Source: Candidatus Omnitrophota bacterium
GTDB taxonomy: Bacteria; Omnitrophota; Gorgyraeia; Zapsychrales; JANLHA01
Reading direction: 5' to 3'
DNA length: 32,000 nt
Assembly: GCA_963662715.1 (NCBI GenBank)
Contig: OY759724.1
Span: 1,590,001-1,622,000 of the forward strand
Each line of letters opens with the position of its first letter. Positions within the stretch are counted from its first letter, which is position 1. Shown piece after piece: positions 31,068 through 32,000 of the stretch. Below the pieces are notes generated by a model that made no database searches, had not been told where the DNA came from, and worked only from the letters and a program-made list of their open reading frames with translations. The translations under genes and the position numbers were made by a program.

Positions 31068-32000
31068 ATGGATGAATGGCATAAGTTAGACGATACGATT
31101 GTGGCCATATCCACGCCGTTGGGGCAGGGGGGGATTGGGATCGTGCGTTTAAGCGGACCGGAAGCATTGTCTATCGCTGATCAAATATTTTTGATAAAAA
31201 AAGGCGTCCCGGTGTCCCGTTGTCCGTCACATACTGTCCATTACGGACATGTTGTAGAAAGGCCGGCAACGGCCCGCTGCCCGGGGCCGGAAGAAGAGGA
31301 ACCGGAGATCATCGACGAGGCATTGGCCGTCATTCTGAGGGCCCCCCGGACGTATACCGGAGAAGATGTTGTCGAGATAAACTGTCACGGAGGGATTGTC
31401 GTCCTGAAAGCGGTTGTTCGGCTCGCTATTGAACGGGGCGCCCGGCTGGCGGACCCCGGGGAATTTACCAAGAGGGCTTTTTTGCACGGCCGGATCGATC
31501 TGACGCAGGCAGAAGCTGTTTTGGATATTATTCAATCCAAAACAGAGGCTTTTTTAAAAGTCAGCACCCATCAATTAAAAGGGGAACTGACCTTGCAACT
31601 GGAACAGATCAGAGAAGTTCTTATGGCGGTTTACGCTGAACTGGAAGCCCTGGTGAACTTCCCTGAAGAGGACATTGAAGGCCAGATGACAGAGTCCTGC
31701 CAGCAGAAACACTCTCCGCCCGGAGAGGAAAGGCCTTTGCACAGGCAAGGGTTCAGCCGAACTATCCGGCAGGTTTCTTCCAAAGTGCAGACATTGATCC
31801 GTTCTGCTGATCAGGGCCGCGTTTTAAAAGAAGGGATAAAGGTTGTGATTTGCGGAAGGCCTAATGTGGGCAAGTCTTCGTTATTGAACCGTCTGTTAAG
31901 ATCACCCCGGGCTATCGTAAGTCCCATTGAAGGCACGACCCGGGATACGATTGAAGAAACCGTGCAGATTCAGGGGCTTCCTTTTCAGATCGTTGACACG
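31068..32000 (+). CDS. mnmE: tRNA modification GTPase MnmE (TrmE), 3'-truncated by the window edge
   Basis: Hand-translated open frame running to base 32000. Supporting motifs are [70 protein letters not shown] and GTTRD. In-frame alternative ATGs lie at 31044 and 31008. Confidence 0.85.
   Translation, partial: MDEWHKLDDTIVAISTPLGQGGIGIVRLSGPEALSIADQIFLIKKGVPVSRCPSHTVHYGHVVERPATARCPGPEEEEPEIIDEALAVILRAPRTYTGEDVVEINCHGGIVVLKAVVRLAIERGARLADPGEFTKRAFLHGRIDLTQAEAVLDIIQSKTEAFLKVSTHQLKGELTLQLEQIREVLMAVYAELEALVNFPEEDIEGQMTESCQQKHSPPGEERPLHRQGFSRTIRQVSSKVQTLIRSADQGRVLKEGIKVVICGRPNVGKSSLLNRLLRSPRAIVSPIEGTTRDTIEETVQIQGLPFQIVDT

Noticed and set aside
1-32000. Search by eye for CRISPR arrays, tRNA/rRNA genes, IS/transposase or integrase genes, prophage hallmarks and long direct or inverted DNA repeats.
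   Set aside because: I found none. Intergenic regions are short. The only duplicated content is protein-level paralogy (the GT-C-like pair and the YjbQ pair), with no detectable nucleotide-level repeat.

Overview
This is a housekeeping-rich chromosomal segment from a diderm bacterium. The organism is not recognisable by eye, and the protein idiosyncrasies suggest an uncultivated lineage. I support 31 protein-coding genes, 29 of them on the + strand, tightly packed with several start/stop overlaps. Recognisable core genes are pabB-pabC, an Lrp/AsnC regulator with a class-I aminotransferase (alaR/alaT-like), era, nnrE, nth, mgtE, rpsU (50 aa, absent from the supplied ORF track), purH, folC and a 3'-truncated mnmE. 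I found no rRNA, tRNA, CRISPR array, transposase/integrase or long DNA repeat. Six items are not routine. (1) A translationally coupled TPR / Ste24-like M48 protease / M1 aminopeptidase operon, in which the M1 enzyme is fused to an Omp85/BamA-type beta-barrel with no evident POTRA domains. (2) A Ddl-family ATP-grasp ligase paired with a short KamA-type lysine 2,3-aminomutase, behind a promoter, a leader of about 200 nt and a terminator-like hairpin. (3) A DEDDh 3'-5' exonuclease fused to a WYL sensor domain, following a coupled YjbQ / YkgJ / DUF2156 trio. (4) Two diverged paralogous polytopic GT-C-like membrane proteins flanking a stand-alone tRNA-binding OB-fold protein. (5) A candidate leaderless mRNA for a secreted coiled-coil protein. 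(6) A long, possibly structured leader upstream of a PfkB kinase + SemiSWEET pair. All functional calls come from motif recognition by eye. No database search was run.
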